Part shown: piece after piece, positions 44,207 to 55,170 of the stretch
How positions within the stretch are numbered: position 1 is the stretch's first letter
How the letters are laid out: every line of letters starts with the position of its first letter
DNA from: Cyanidioschyzon merolae
Taxonomy: Eukaryota
Direction: 5' to 3' (one strand)
Length of the DNA: 64,000 nt
Assembly: GCA_000091205.1 (NCBI GenBank)
Contig: AP006494.2
Notes under the pieces: model-generated
The model's input: only the letters and a program-made list of their open reading frames with translations
What the model was told of the DNA's origin: nothing
The model's database searches: none
Made by a program: the position numbers and the translations under genes

Positions 44207-47200
44207 GCGTCTCTGTGTGTGGTGATCTGTGCTCCTCTTGTTCTAGGCAGCTCTACTTGGCATGTATGTCGGATCCGCTCTCGTCGTTGAGTGAAGAGGG
44301 TTTTGCATTTGCTTTCGGATGCTAACAGTGATTTTTGTAGAGAGACAGAGCATTCGTTTCGAATGCGCATAACAAGACCCAAGCCCTTTTTCCACAATGA
44401 TTCGTTCCGGTACGCTGGTGAAGACGAAGACAATGCCTCATTGTGGCGCGCGGCTACGCCGTATCGCTGCCGGTATGTGGATTCTCTTCTCGTCAATGGC
44501 TGCTCCCGCATCTGTCCAAGACACCAGGTCATGCTGCGGGATTCCTCTGCTGTTCTGACGGATTCATTTCAAGCGGCAAATGGAATCAGCTCGGAAAGGA
44601 AATTTATGCCTGGTGTATATGGTGCAAAATTGTACTCATGACGACACTGAACGTCGCTGGTCACGACAGGTGCCGAGGTGATCAATCCAAATTGTAGAGG
44701 CTTATGCTTGCGTTCTAAAACTGCCTCGTCAGGGCGGCACCCGAAGGAATCTGGTGCCTTGCGAGACAGCCACCGCGACTGGTGCTGTTCCCTGCCATCA
44801 CCACAGCCGCTGGGTGCTGGATAATGTTCGAGCGATGCATGTTGCTGCGCACTTGTGTCTGCATACCTACGTGCGTCAAAGCTCACGTGCTTTGGTGTAT
44901 AGATGCATTCGTACGTGCATACCTGTACACTTGCTCGCTTTGGGCGAAAAGGTAGCGCGCGTCATCCTCGACACGATTCCATGGTGAATTGTCGTGTACA
45001 TGCATGTTGTTTTCATGTACAGCGACAGCATGACGAGTGAGACCACCCGGGTATCTGGACAGGAAGGCAAGCCCGATACGACCCTGATCGCTGTCGAGCA
45101 GGATCAGTGATTACAGACGCTTCTAGCTTTACTGGAGTCATTCCATGGCATCGCATCGTCAGGCACAAAGCGACGGGCAACTTTATGGTGAAGTACTGGA
45201 GCACATACTCCAACGTTGTATACGGTCTGCGTACATATAGCACGGGTAGCACGCACGGCACTCGTCTTCATCACAGAGCGCTCCTAGAGCGAATATCGAT
45301 ATGGATTTGCGATCAGAAGCTTCGCATGCGGCATTCGTCCATTCGCATCGATGATGCAGCGTCGAAATCATGGATGCATAGGCTTGGGCGTATCGTACCG
45401 TGTGCTGTCGAAGGTACCACTTTGAAGCGAATGAAGAGGGAGAACCGCTGTTCCGTAAAAGAGGCTCTTACCACCCATGTGTCAGCCTATTGGTTTGATG
45501 GAGTTAGATCGATGCATCTAACTAGACTCTTTCGGTTAGGAGAAGCTGCCTGTTACCGGGGGAATAAACTTCACTGCTTTTGCGAATGTGTCGTCTATGA
45601 ACTGGACAGGAAAATTGCACTGCGCGCTTATGCAGCAACAAAAAAACTTCCATGTGTATGAATCTCTACCACTTTCTACGTTTACGCCGCGTTGTTGCCT
45701 CAACAGTATATTGGAGCGCTTCCAGGAGGCCAGTTCGCGCTTCGGCAACCTGGCGAGTGCAGTACTTGGGGCCATATATGCGCCGGTGCAATCACATCGT
45801 GCGGTTTCGCATGGCCGACGAAGAGCACCCGTCAAAGAATCTCCAGTGGTACGCGCGGACAGCGTCACCGGGGCGCGTTTTCAATAGAGCAGTCGTCTCT
45901 GCATTTCCCAGGAGGCGATTCGGAACTTGAGCGTCTTTCGAGACAGGCTCCGAGAGATAGAACGTGGAGCACATGGCTTTTGTTCCTGATGCCCCGAATA
46001 TTCCGGGATTTGTGGTATGTACGGAACCTATGCTGGTTGTGTCTGTGCTAAATCTACGCCGTGTAGCACAGGGTATGTTGCGATCACACGCTGCTGGACA
46101 ACACCTCTGTAGTCCGCTTCTCTTGGAAGAACGCAAGAGCTGCACTTCTGGAGATTGTCGCCAGCGTTTCTCGCGAACCCGTTGTTCTTTCAGGCCATGG
46201 ATCGTTACACAAGCACACACATGCTCGTAACCTTCCTTAGAGTCACAATGCGGTGCGTCGCCGACAACCTCGAACCGCCAATACCGAATCCATAGCAAGA
46301 GCTAGTCCAAGCGTATGCAGGGATTGTTGCAACAGAAGCGAGTTACAGGCAGAGGCCCTGAATCTATAAACGTAATCGTCCAGGAATCGCGTACAGATTC
46401 GATGAGCCGACAATGCCTCGGCTCACACTCGCACGAATCATAGCGTTCTGACTCGCAGACAAAGAGCGGGCGATAGTGCAAAACACCAGAGGTTCCATAA
46501 AGCTCGCCATTACTCGGAGGTTGTGCCAAAGCTGGGCAGTTTCCAGTGACTTCGAGAACCGGTTCGTTGCGCCCGTGCAGCAACTGGTTTCTATCTGCTA
46601 AGCTATGAGGCAGCTCCAGTCCAGGGTTGAAGAAGCTCCGCCGCCGTGGTCACGTCGAAAGCTGAATGCAACAGGTATTCGGTAGGATGACGGCAAATAC
46701 GCTCCTTCCGATGCGGTCAGGTCGCTGGTCACTGGCCTGTCGTATAGTCATAAACTAGAGGAAAGCCTTGCTCATGAAAGGTGAAGCAAGGCAGCAACAC
46801 GCAAACCAGCACCCACTTTCACCAATGCGAGCGTGTTATCGTCTTAGGAAGAACTACTAGTTAGGAGTCCACTGTCAAAGCCGCGCCCCCAGAATCCACG
46901 ACAAGGTAGCTGCGTTCCGGCGGACGCAGAGTCAACTACACACACCACCGTCATAGGACTGGGCCAAAAACGGACACCCCCGCTACCCTTTCTGCTTCCG
47001 ATGCTGAACACCGAGAGGCTACTCCCTCCAGGAGGCAGTGCGGGTTCTCGTTATGGTGTCATGCGGGACGCCTTGAACGTCTGACCCCAGCGGCTCTCGA
47101 TGGGCATCAAAACGTTGTGCGCTTCGCTGAACTGCTCTGGGTTACTGAACGGGAGTGTGTGCTGTAGCACTTTTACTGTGCAAAGTAATTGGTGCTGTTT

Positions 47201-47328
47201 TTCGGTATTTTCATCCCTTAATGATTCAACAGCAGCAACAACAGTACTACCTTAAGCTGTAGGTTTTGCAGGGTGTATAACGAGTGCCGGGCGCTACCGC
47301 TACGCACCCTTAGCAGCGCACACTTCCC

Positions 47329-48264
47329 ATGGGCACTGGCGGTGGGAACTGGTCAAAAAGTCTCCGTCACTTGGCCACAGGTGAAAGCGAGCTAGCGCGA
47401 ATTTGCAGTCGAGAGGATCATTCTGCAGCAATGAGCGTTCAGGTCTACCGTTGTCTGCAGAACTCCAAAGAAGCATCGGATGCGTGGCAGCGCTTTAAGA
47501 CGGAGCTTGCCGGAGGGCCTCCTATGGACTTGGGCGCCTGGGCGCGAATCCTCCTGGCAGCAAAAAAGGTACCCACTCGCTACCGTAACTGGCGGAGGGT
47601 TCAAGAGAACCTCAGGCTGAGTTTAGAGGACTTGTATCAGTGGGAGCGTGCCAAGCAAATCGTTCACGAGCGGGTGAACACCAGCTTTCAGAGCGCAGAT
47701 AAAAGTCATCAGGAGCTGCTGCAGAAGCTGCGGCAACTGGTCGAACCCATGCTCCCAGCCGGAGCAAGGGCACCGAACCGCGACTGGCGGTATGTCGGTT
47801 TCCAGGGTGATGATCCAGGCACAGACTTTCGCGGAATGGGCATCTTCGCGCTTCATCAACTTATATACTTTGCAGAAACCCGACCCCGCACTGTCCAGCG
47901 TATCCTCAGTGAGGCAAACGAGGAACGCTGGAGTGATGTTTCGGAGCACACAACCAGCACAGGATCATCGATGCCGCAACTAAAGCGCTACTACCCGTTC
48001 GCGGTCACTGGGATTCACGTCAGTGCCTTTGTAGCTCGACTTGTGCAACACGGTGCGCTCATGACAGCGTGGATTGGTGAAAGCTCAGATACTATCCTCC
48101 GTAAGATTAATGACCTGTACTGTGACACTTTCATTTTGTTTCATGAGCTTTGGCGCAAAGGGCCTGAACGTAGCATCATGGAGTTTCAGCAGGTATTCCG
48201 CGAATGCTGTGCTCAAGTCGAGCGACAGATCCAGCTTGGCGTGTTTCTTCCGCATGCACCATAG
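47329..48264 (+). CDS. ELMO-domain-containing protein (ELMOD-like)
   Basis: NRDWRYVGFQGDDPGTDFRGMGIFALHQLIYF matches the ELMO-domain core (W..GFQG..P.TDFRG.G). ATG confirmed at 47329. Confidence 0.7.
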   Translation: MGTGGGNWSKSLRHLATGESELARICSREDHSAAMSVQVYRCLQNSKEASDAWQRFKTELAGGPPMDLGAWARILLAAKKVPTRYRNWRRVQENLRLSLEDLYQWERAKQIVHERVNTSFQSADKSHQELLQKLRQLVEPMLPAGARAPNRDWRYVGFQGDDPGTDFRGMGIFALHQLIYFAETRPRTVQRILSEANEERWSDVSEHTTSTGSSMPQLKRYYPFAVTGIHVSAFVARLVQHGALMTAWIGESSDTILRKINDLYCDTFILFHELWRKGPERSIMEFQQVFRECCAQVERQIQLGVFLPHAP

Positions 48265-49179
48265 CGGACCAGCGTTCAAAGTTTCGGGTGCACTTTGGAT
48301 CGAAGATGTCACGGTCGCCTTTGTTGATTGCGCCGGAGGCACAGAGTTGAAGCCGCTCCAGCAACGCCAAGACGAGTCCGCAGCACATGCAGCCCGCGGT
48401 GAGCACCTGGTACGATAGTACGACAAGGCAGTAAAACCACAGAGCCAGCAAGAGGCTGGACGCGAGGAGCACTACCAGAGCGTCTCGACACGTGCAGAGG
48501 TCCCAGTGTCGACTGGGCTGTAGTAGTGAACGGCTGAGGCCTTGGCACAAGTGTCGCCAACGCGCCCATAGGAAAGCAAAGCGTTTCCGCAGCGTTGCGC
48601 TGCGACGCTCGGGGGCTTCCGCTGCTTCCTCATCACGCTGCATGCCGTCCGCAAGGTCAACTGTTTCCAACTGTTTCCACACTACAAACGTTGTCCTGGT
48701 TGAACAGTCCGCACCTGATACTGCCCGTGCACCGTCTGCGGCGAGTGCGACGGGAGCGCACGCGCTGAGCCTTCCAGAGGCGACTCGTGCGTCTTTATAC
48801 TAGTAAAGTCTTGAAGTCCACAAGAGGAGAACGGCCGCAGTGGCTGTTTCTGCGGCCTTGCTTTCCTGTCCGGTTCGTCGTGGCGAACGCACCAAACGTC
48901 CGCAGAGCGGATAGCAGAGTGCTGGCAAATGAGCGACGTAGTGGCTAACCTGCGAAGATGTGTCGTTTTGGCTAGCGCCTGGTTGCCACGCGGGATATCC
49001 ATCCATGACAGAATCGGGTGCAACAGGTCCACATGACGAAGACGAGCGTATAAGCTCAGGTTTGGACCTTTTCCTATTGTCGTGGACACTGGCATTTGCG
49101 GGTTTTTTACGGCTGCTTCCTTTACCTCCCTCTTATCACCTGCTATCCGTACTCTGGTCTATCCTGTCTACTCCATACT

Positions 49180-49806
49180 GTAGTCAGCAGTTGAAGGATG
49201 TAGATGGCAGCATTGAAGTCTCGATTTCACTGTTTCCTGTTATTGTCGATGGTTTCCTCGTAAAAACGGTCGTTGAAAAATATACATCGAATGCAACTTT
49301 CATCTTCTTGATAGACAGACTCAGTGCACACTGCGCAGCGGTGACACCTGACTGTTTTGCGGTGTTCATGGCTGTCCAGGACGCCAAATCCTCCGAGTGC
49401 CGCGTTGAAGTCTCTGACTGTTTGCTTCATCGATGGGTGCATATGCCGTGAGGGAACCATAAGCCCAGCCTCAAGGCTCTCCTCCGTTTTCGCCCCAGGA
49501 GCGGTACTCAGCGATCACGAGCTTGCTCTGGGTGATGCCGTCTGCGAGTACGCGGTACACTGCAAGCGCAAGCGCATGCTGTTCCATTCGAACGAGGGTT
49601 TGTCGAGCAAGAAGTTTTCTATGATGCATGAAGTATCGGAAGGAAGACCCGGACTGGAGAACAGGTCGGGAAATTTCGATCCGTCTACGCGTCCTTGTGC
49701 AAAGCGGTGACGCACACTGCAGCGGAGATAATCGCAGCGATGACTCCGGTCCGAGTCCGAGACGCTTTACCACAGAAACAGAAGAGACGGAATTCTTTTG
49801 GAGCAT
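49180..49806 (-). pseudogene. C-terminal half of a TnpB/Fanzor-type RuvC nuclease, inactivated by an in-frame TGA and a frameshift. Contains a RuvC-II-like block, a zinc ribbon and the RuvC-III motif.
   Basis: Minus-strand translation: ...ITQSKLVIAEYRSW (RuvC-II-like, Glu retained), a frameshift, then ...FNAALGGFGVLDSHEHRKTVRCHRCAVCTESVYQEDESCIRCIFFNDRFYEETIDNNRKQ*NRDFNAAIYILQLL. The C-x2-C-x15-C-x2-C ribbon and the NRDFNAAI motif are separated by a TGA. It shares DNA-level homology with the 25.9-kb fragment, for example catcgaatgcaa...actgcgcagcggtgacac. Confidence 0.5.
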
Positions 49807-50831
49807 ATCCCGTGGGAGACATCATAGGGCTGTCGAATACGGGTCAGTTGGTACTCATATAGAGGGAATGATTTGACTTTCGGACGGAGTCGATTATTTG
49901 ACAAGTTCAGTGAACTTTTGGCATGAGCTCGTGATGAAATCGTGTAAGTCGGATTCTGCGTGGTCAGCGCTGTTCCGCGAATTGCTCCGCTCACGACTTG
50001 TTTCGAAACAGCGAGCTCGATATGCTAAAGAATGCGCGATTTCAAGATCTATACGTGAGGTGTGGGGATGCACACAGGCTCGCACCTGAAAATGGATCAA
50101 GATATCGGTTACGCTGCGGACACATGAGCGAAGGCATCGCAAATGATCGTGATTTCGATGACGTAACAAATTCAAGCGGCAAAGTGTCGAACCTGCGACT
50201 CCGAAAAGACGTGCCAGCGCCTGGAAACTACGTACGAGCCCGTCATCGTCTCGTGCTGGACCTCGGGTGCCGGCGCTGGGTATCCACTGAACATTCTGGA
50301 AAATGTCTAGACAGGAACAGAGCGAGTGGTACAGGGTTCCCTTGTCATGTTTGACGGGTGTGGCGCGATACGAATAATGATGCCTATTGTGCGTTCTAGA
50401 TTTTCCAATAGATTCTTTTTTGCCCTTGCAGGGATCGCAAACCCACCTGGCCCCAGGCGATCACTCGACGAGGTATGCTTGCCAGCGCCCAAGTTCCGAA
50501 CAGGCACTCCGGACTCCAAGAGAAATCCAAAACGACTCGTCAAAATAGCAAGAAACGCTGGTGAGTTACGTGGGCCTCGGCATATCCTTTGCGCAGCAGC
50601 CCAGGTGTAGACATCTGCGTACCAGAAGAACCATGCGGTTGAGGGATCCAGTGCTCTCCATCCGCCGAGGTCGCTTTCCGCTGTTCCATTCCGATGAATT
50701 GCATCATACGAGAGTGCACAAACTGCATTCGAGATGCGAGGCCTCGATTCAGCATTAGACGCAGTGATGCAGACTCGACAGAAACTCTCTGCTTCGTGAC
50801 CCAGCCCGTTTAAAATTTGAGGCATCCCCTG

Positions 50832-52490
50832 TCACAGACGCAGTCTCTTTAGGGGTTCCGCGCGCTTCCGCGGTCCACTGCGGAAATTCCTGGCGATACG
50901 CTTCCGCTTGGGACGCTTTTCGACTGGCTTATTCAACTCTTCTGGACCTGCTGGTCTCAGGTCATCCGTCGCGGACTGAGCATTCGCCATTTCGGGAGCC
51001 AGCACCTGCCATAATCCATCATCTTTCAGCATATAATCGGGAATGTGCCCCAGATGTGCCGCCAGCCGCTTCCGCACCAGCGGACGATCATGGCTGAGCA
51101 CTTCCAAATCCACCCGATCGCCTTGGCGGGCAGCCAGCAGAGCATCCCGGAAAGCCCGCGAGCGAAGCATCTCATCGCGAAGAGCCTGGACGCGTGCTTC
51201 CCGTACAGCCAGGTCTGTGCAGGCACAGAGTGCATCTTCGACTCGGTAACGAAATGTTTCCATCGTTTCCTTTCGAACTGCCAAAAGGCGGGGCTGCCCT
51301 TGCATCGACAACCGGGCATGCTCCGTAAAAAATCGTTCTATTCGCTGAGATTCATCGTCGTTGGTTACGAGCGTGACCACTTTGCCCGCACGGCCCGCTC
51401 TTCCGGTTCGTCCAGAGCGATGCAAGAAAACTTCGATATTCTTGGGCGCGGTAAAGTGGATCACCACATCCACCGATCGAAAATCAAGACCACGCGACGC
51501 TGAGTAGCCAGTCGATTTCAACGTTGTCGCTTCATCCGATGTTACGAGAATGTCGAATATACCAGCGTCGAACTGCTGAAGGCAATGCTGGCGCGACGTG
51601 ACCGGCAAGTCTGCATTCAGCACCGCGCATCGGATCCCAAAGCGATCCAGAAAGAGCTTCACGCGATAGGCCTCAAGCACGCTGTCTACGAACACGAGAA
51701 TGCGATCCCGCAGAATGCGTAATCGAAGAACCACGTAGAGCCATGCGAAGCGTTCATCCAGACCAGATAATCGACTGACCCAGTACTGTACATTGCTTTT
51801 GTTGCCAGAGGGGTCTGCATCCCAGCTGGCCTCTATGCGACAGGCTTCTGGTTGATGCAGTGCCAAAGCACGCAGCGCTTCTACCTCCTCGTCCAGTGTG
51901 GCGCTTAGCAACACACCTTGAGCATTTGTCGGTATTTTTCTTACAACGTCGTGGACTTGAGTGGCGCTCGACGCAAACGACAAGACGAGGTCAGCTTCAT
52001 CGATTACCAGCAGCACGACATTCCTTGCCCGCTCTGTGGTTAGGGATTGCGCAAGTCCAGCTGGCGTTCCTACGCAGACACTCGCATCCGTCCAGGTATC
52101 GATTAGGGCCTTGTTGCTGAAGGCTCCGGTTACCACACAGCAGTGCAGCGGCAGGTTTTCCGTTAGTGACACAAAAGTTCGACCAAGTTGCAGCGCCAGA
52201 TCTTGGCTGGGCACCAGCACGATCGCGCGAGTGCTTTCGCACCAGGCGCCTCTCGCGTTCTCCTCGTCGTAGATCTGCAACAGTAGGTGAACCAATGGCA
52301 GTGCATAGGCCCCAGTTTTACCCGATCCAGTGGGAGCATTCACTAGAACGTCTTTCCCGGAAAGCACGGCGGGAATCACGGCTTCCTGTACGGGTGCTGG
52401 TGTACGCCAGCGCAGTTTGCGTAGAACGGCTTCCACCACACGCGCGTCGAGCCCCAGCTGTGGGAACGTGCGGGTCCGGGAACAACCCAT
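50832..52490 (-). CDS. DEAD-box ATP-dependent RNA helicase (DDX56/Dbp9-like)
   Basis: Motif Q and motif I (APTGSGKT), VIDEADLV (DEAD), SAT, and HRSGRTGRAGRAG (motif VI). The listed start 52502 is GTG; the first ATG is 52488-52490. Confidence 0.9.
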   Translation of the reverse strand: MGCSRTRTFPQLGLDARVVEAVLRKLRWRTPAPVQEAVIPAVLSGKDVLVNAPTGSGKTGAYALPLVHLLLQIYDEENARGAWCESTRAIVLVPSQDLALQLGRTFVSLTENLPLHCCVVTGAFSNKALIDTWTDASVCVGTPAGLAQSLTTERARNVVLLVIDEADLVLSFASSATQVHDVVRKIPTNAQGVLLSATLDEEVEALRALALHQPEACRIEASWDADPSGNKSNVQYWVSRLSGLDERFAWLYVVLRLRILRDRILVFVDSVLEAYRVKLFLDRFGIRCAVLNADLPVTSRQHCLQQFDAGIFDILVTSDEATTLKSTGYSASRGLDFRSVDVVIHFTAPKNIEVFLHRSGRTGRAGRAGKVVTLVTNDDESQRIERFFTEHARLSMQGQPRLLAVRKETMETFRYRVEDALCACTDLAVREARVQALRDEMLRSRAFRDALLAARQGDRVDLEVLSHDRPLVRKRLAAHLGHIPDYMLKDDGLWQVLAPEMANAQSATDDLRPAGPEELNKPVEKRPKRKRIARNFRSGPRKRAEPLKRLRL

Positions 52491-52501
52491 AATCGCCGAC
52501 A

Positions 52502-55000
52502 CCGAACACTTTCCAAAAGTCGAACGACGCCAGCGGTGTACAGTAGTGGCGAGAAGCCCGCTCTGGACAAGAAGTCTTCAGCTGAGGTGCAGACGCCTCC
52601 CCGTCTTTACGGACCGGCCACCCACCACTGATTCCAATGTTTTCTCATATAGTTCCATTTTGAGTGATTGTCCAATAAAGTTCACTCTTGTCTACTCTGG
52701 AGGTCTCGTCTCCAGCACCGCACATTTCCTTATATTGATAGCGGCATTAAAGTCTCTGTTCACAAACTCCATATGTTTCGTGCCATCACTGGTTGTACTC
52801 ACTAGTGCAAGTAGCCATCGAACTTTCGCTCTCCCTTCCATTTGCTCTTCCGTCAGCGCTCCGTACTTTTGTATATCTTCAGGACTCGTCTGGCACTTTT
52901 CCATCTCCAGTCTCTCTGAAGTGTACAACCCAGTTCATGGTGTGTATAGGACGTTCGAAACTCATCTGTCGGTATCGTAACAAAACGCCTTGCGCACGCC
53001 TTGTACGTTCTTGTCGTTGGAGCTGGCGTAGTCCCTTTTTAGGTCATCCATCGCCCTGGTCCGTACGCTACTACGAGCCTCTGACCCTCATCCCTATTCG
53101 CGGCGCTCAGCTGATTGAAAAAATTGGCGAATGCACGCTGCTTCCCACAACAAAGATTCATTCGCAAATGAGCCCACCGAGGCTTTGTATACTCCTCCCA
53201 CGGCGCATTCCAATGGGCAACACGAACTTCCATGAATTTCCGAAAAGCTTCAAAGTCGGCTCCTCGGCTGGTCACCTCGCTCAAAGCCCCAAGGTGATCC
53301 TTCATTCCTGAATTCCAAGACTCGATTTTCTTCCTCGCATTCATTATACAGGACTCTCGATAGTGTCTCGCTCCCGAGAGCCTCAACAGACGCATGTCTT
53401 TCTGACGCAAGTTACCATCAGTACCATTTTCCGCACGCTTCGGTGCTGCGATGGTAATGATATTCGTATTCCCAGGGTCCGCGCCAACGACAAAGTCGTT
53501 ATCCTGCACTTTCTGCATCGCAGGATCCGCCTCCTTCTTTTCTTCCTTTTTCACCGCGTCAAAGACAAGGTCGTCATCCTGCACTTTCTGTGTGGCAGGA
53601 TCCGCCACCTTGTTTTCTTCATGCTTCGCCGAGGGCAATATCGAAGACGGACCAGGACAATCTGTCTTCAACCGCCAGTAGTGTACACACTTGGATACCC
53701 CATCGGTTTTGATCAACCCAGTGGATATCTTTTGTTTGCTCACTTTGAGACGTTTGAAATCGAAGACGTTCTTCCAGTACGTCTCCCGCTTGTCACCGGT
53801 GAACTCTGTCTTCCATACATCAAACTCCGGACAGATCTCCTTCAAGATGCCGTAAAGGACGCCGGAATCGATGCTCACAAAATGTGACCGGATGTTGCAG
53901 ATTGGAACCACGTTGAAGCGCTTCCCCATTAGGACAGCCTTCCGACTCTCCCATTCATCACTTTTTCCTCACTCGGCTATATCTCCGCTTTGCATTCGAG
54001 TTCTCGGTCCAGGAACACGAAATAGCGCAGAATGAGGCGGTAGTGTCTTTCCTTACCTTTTTCAACTCTGATACCTTGTCTATTGGATTCGCCAGCCCCA
54101 AGACTGCAAGATGCTCTTTAATAGCCGCACGGATGACGGAATCCTCATTTGTGCTCCTGCGTGACGCCTTCTTGTCGACAAAGTCGATCTCATCTTCATG
54201 CTTGCGATCGTTCGTGATGCCATTGAAAATCGCCCATATCCCTTTGCCAGAGATACCAGGGTGAGTGCAAACACGGGGCGTATCATGAAACGTTCACGGT
54301 TCATAGTCGAATGGTTCTTCGGATTTGTGAGGCATTTCATGGCCCCATAGAAGCAAATACCCCAGTCACCCATGTATCGAGTACCGTCAAAGCGGAATTC
54401 GCGTAATTCCAGTGGAGGGCGTTCATGTGCTCATTTCTCCTTGACTTCTCCCCTGCGCCCAGCACCAGGTGGCGGATAAAGCTCCTGTTGAAAAACTCGT
54501 CCGCGACCTCGACTGTTTTGATGTCCGTCACGTCGCGATACATCTCTCTCGCTGAATGCATCAATCCTGACGACGACTTGACAATAATCTTGGAGTACGA
54601 GCCAACACGTTTTTGATAGCGTCTCGCAACTTTTCCCCGTAGGGATCCTTGATATGTCCAAGAAGGAAGGTTTTCACCACCATCTCGTTGTACAGGCGTC
54701 TTTCTTGCCGCCTTCGACGTAGGGCCTCCCCCTTTCGGTTCTTCTTCTCTTCCTTTTCTTCTGGACTCGGCACTGTTTTTTGTTTTTTTCTAGCAGCCGG
54801 CGACAGTGGGCCTCCAGGATCGTCGACTTGTTTTTTCATAACTTTTCTTTTATTAGTTTTTTCGAAAAAGAACGCTCTTTGAACGCTTCTGTTATATACT
54901 GCGAACAAACACATGAATACACTTGTTTGAGGTTTAAAAACACAAATGAACTGAGTAACTGTACTTTGCTACGACCCGAACGGAAATCCAACCTTTATAG
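52502..55000 (-). mobile_element. Copy 1 of an element of about 2.4 kb encoding a TnpB/Fanzor-like RuvC nuclease. The left boundary is approximate. The right, 3' end abuts the helicase start codon.
   Basis: It is homologous along its whole length to the copy at 60681-63100, at roughly 65-90% identity by eye. The 3' 190 bp after the nuclease stop, and the RuvC-III coding block, are the most conserved parts. Confidence 0.6.
52692..54839 (-). pseudogene. Fanzor/TnpB-like (OrfB_IS605 superfamily) RNA-guided-nuclease homologue. N-terminal basic NLS-like tract, Ruv[12 protein letters not shown], a degenerate RuvC-II/zinc-ribbon region, and RuvC-III NRDFNAAINI. Disrupted by at least 2 frameshifts and 1 in-frame stop.
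   Basis: N-terminus MKKQVDDPGGPLSPAARKKQKTVPSPEEKEEKKNRKGEALRRRRQERR, with the ATG at 54837-54839. Segment [19 protein letters not shown] matches the TnpB RuvC-I pattern VGIDLGITN. RTYKACARRFVTIPTDEFRTSYTH matches the YKA...V.P..TSQ.C linker, with the Cys residues lost. The C-terminus reads KHMEFVNRDFNAAINIRKCAV*. The consecutive ORF segments 54561-54839, 54337-54564, 54080-54373, 53039-53929 and 52692-52928 lie in shifting frames. Confidence 0.65.
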
Positions 55001-55170
55001 CTAAACAGCACGCTATTCATCAGGATCACGTTTCGCTTCAACAAAGGCACCGAGCGCGCCGTGACCCATGCCTGGCAGACCTCCCCGGTTCGCTCACCGA
55101 GCACGACGCGCTTTTGAGGCCTGGAGTGTGCTGGTGGCTACTGCCTGGCACTCCCGCTTTTGCACATTGG

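Noticed and set aside
48176-48682. 168-aa minus-strand ORF with one hydrophobic segment
   Set aside because: It overlaps the last ~30 codons of the ELMO-domain gene on the opposite strand. No family was recognised, so it was left uncalled.
50307-50825. IGIIIRIAP segment as a candidate RuvC-I remnant of the 49.2-kb relic
   Set aside because: The resemblance to the NIITIAAP block is weak, the catalytic Asp is absent, and the spacing to RuvC-III (~1.1 kb) is too long.
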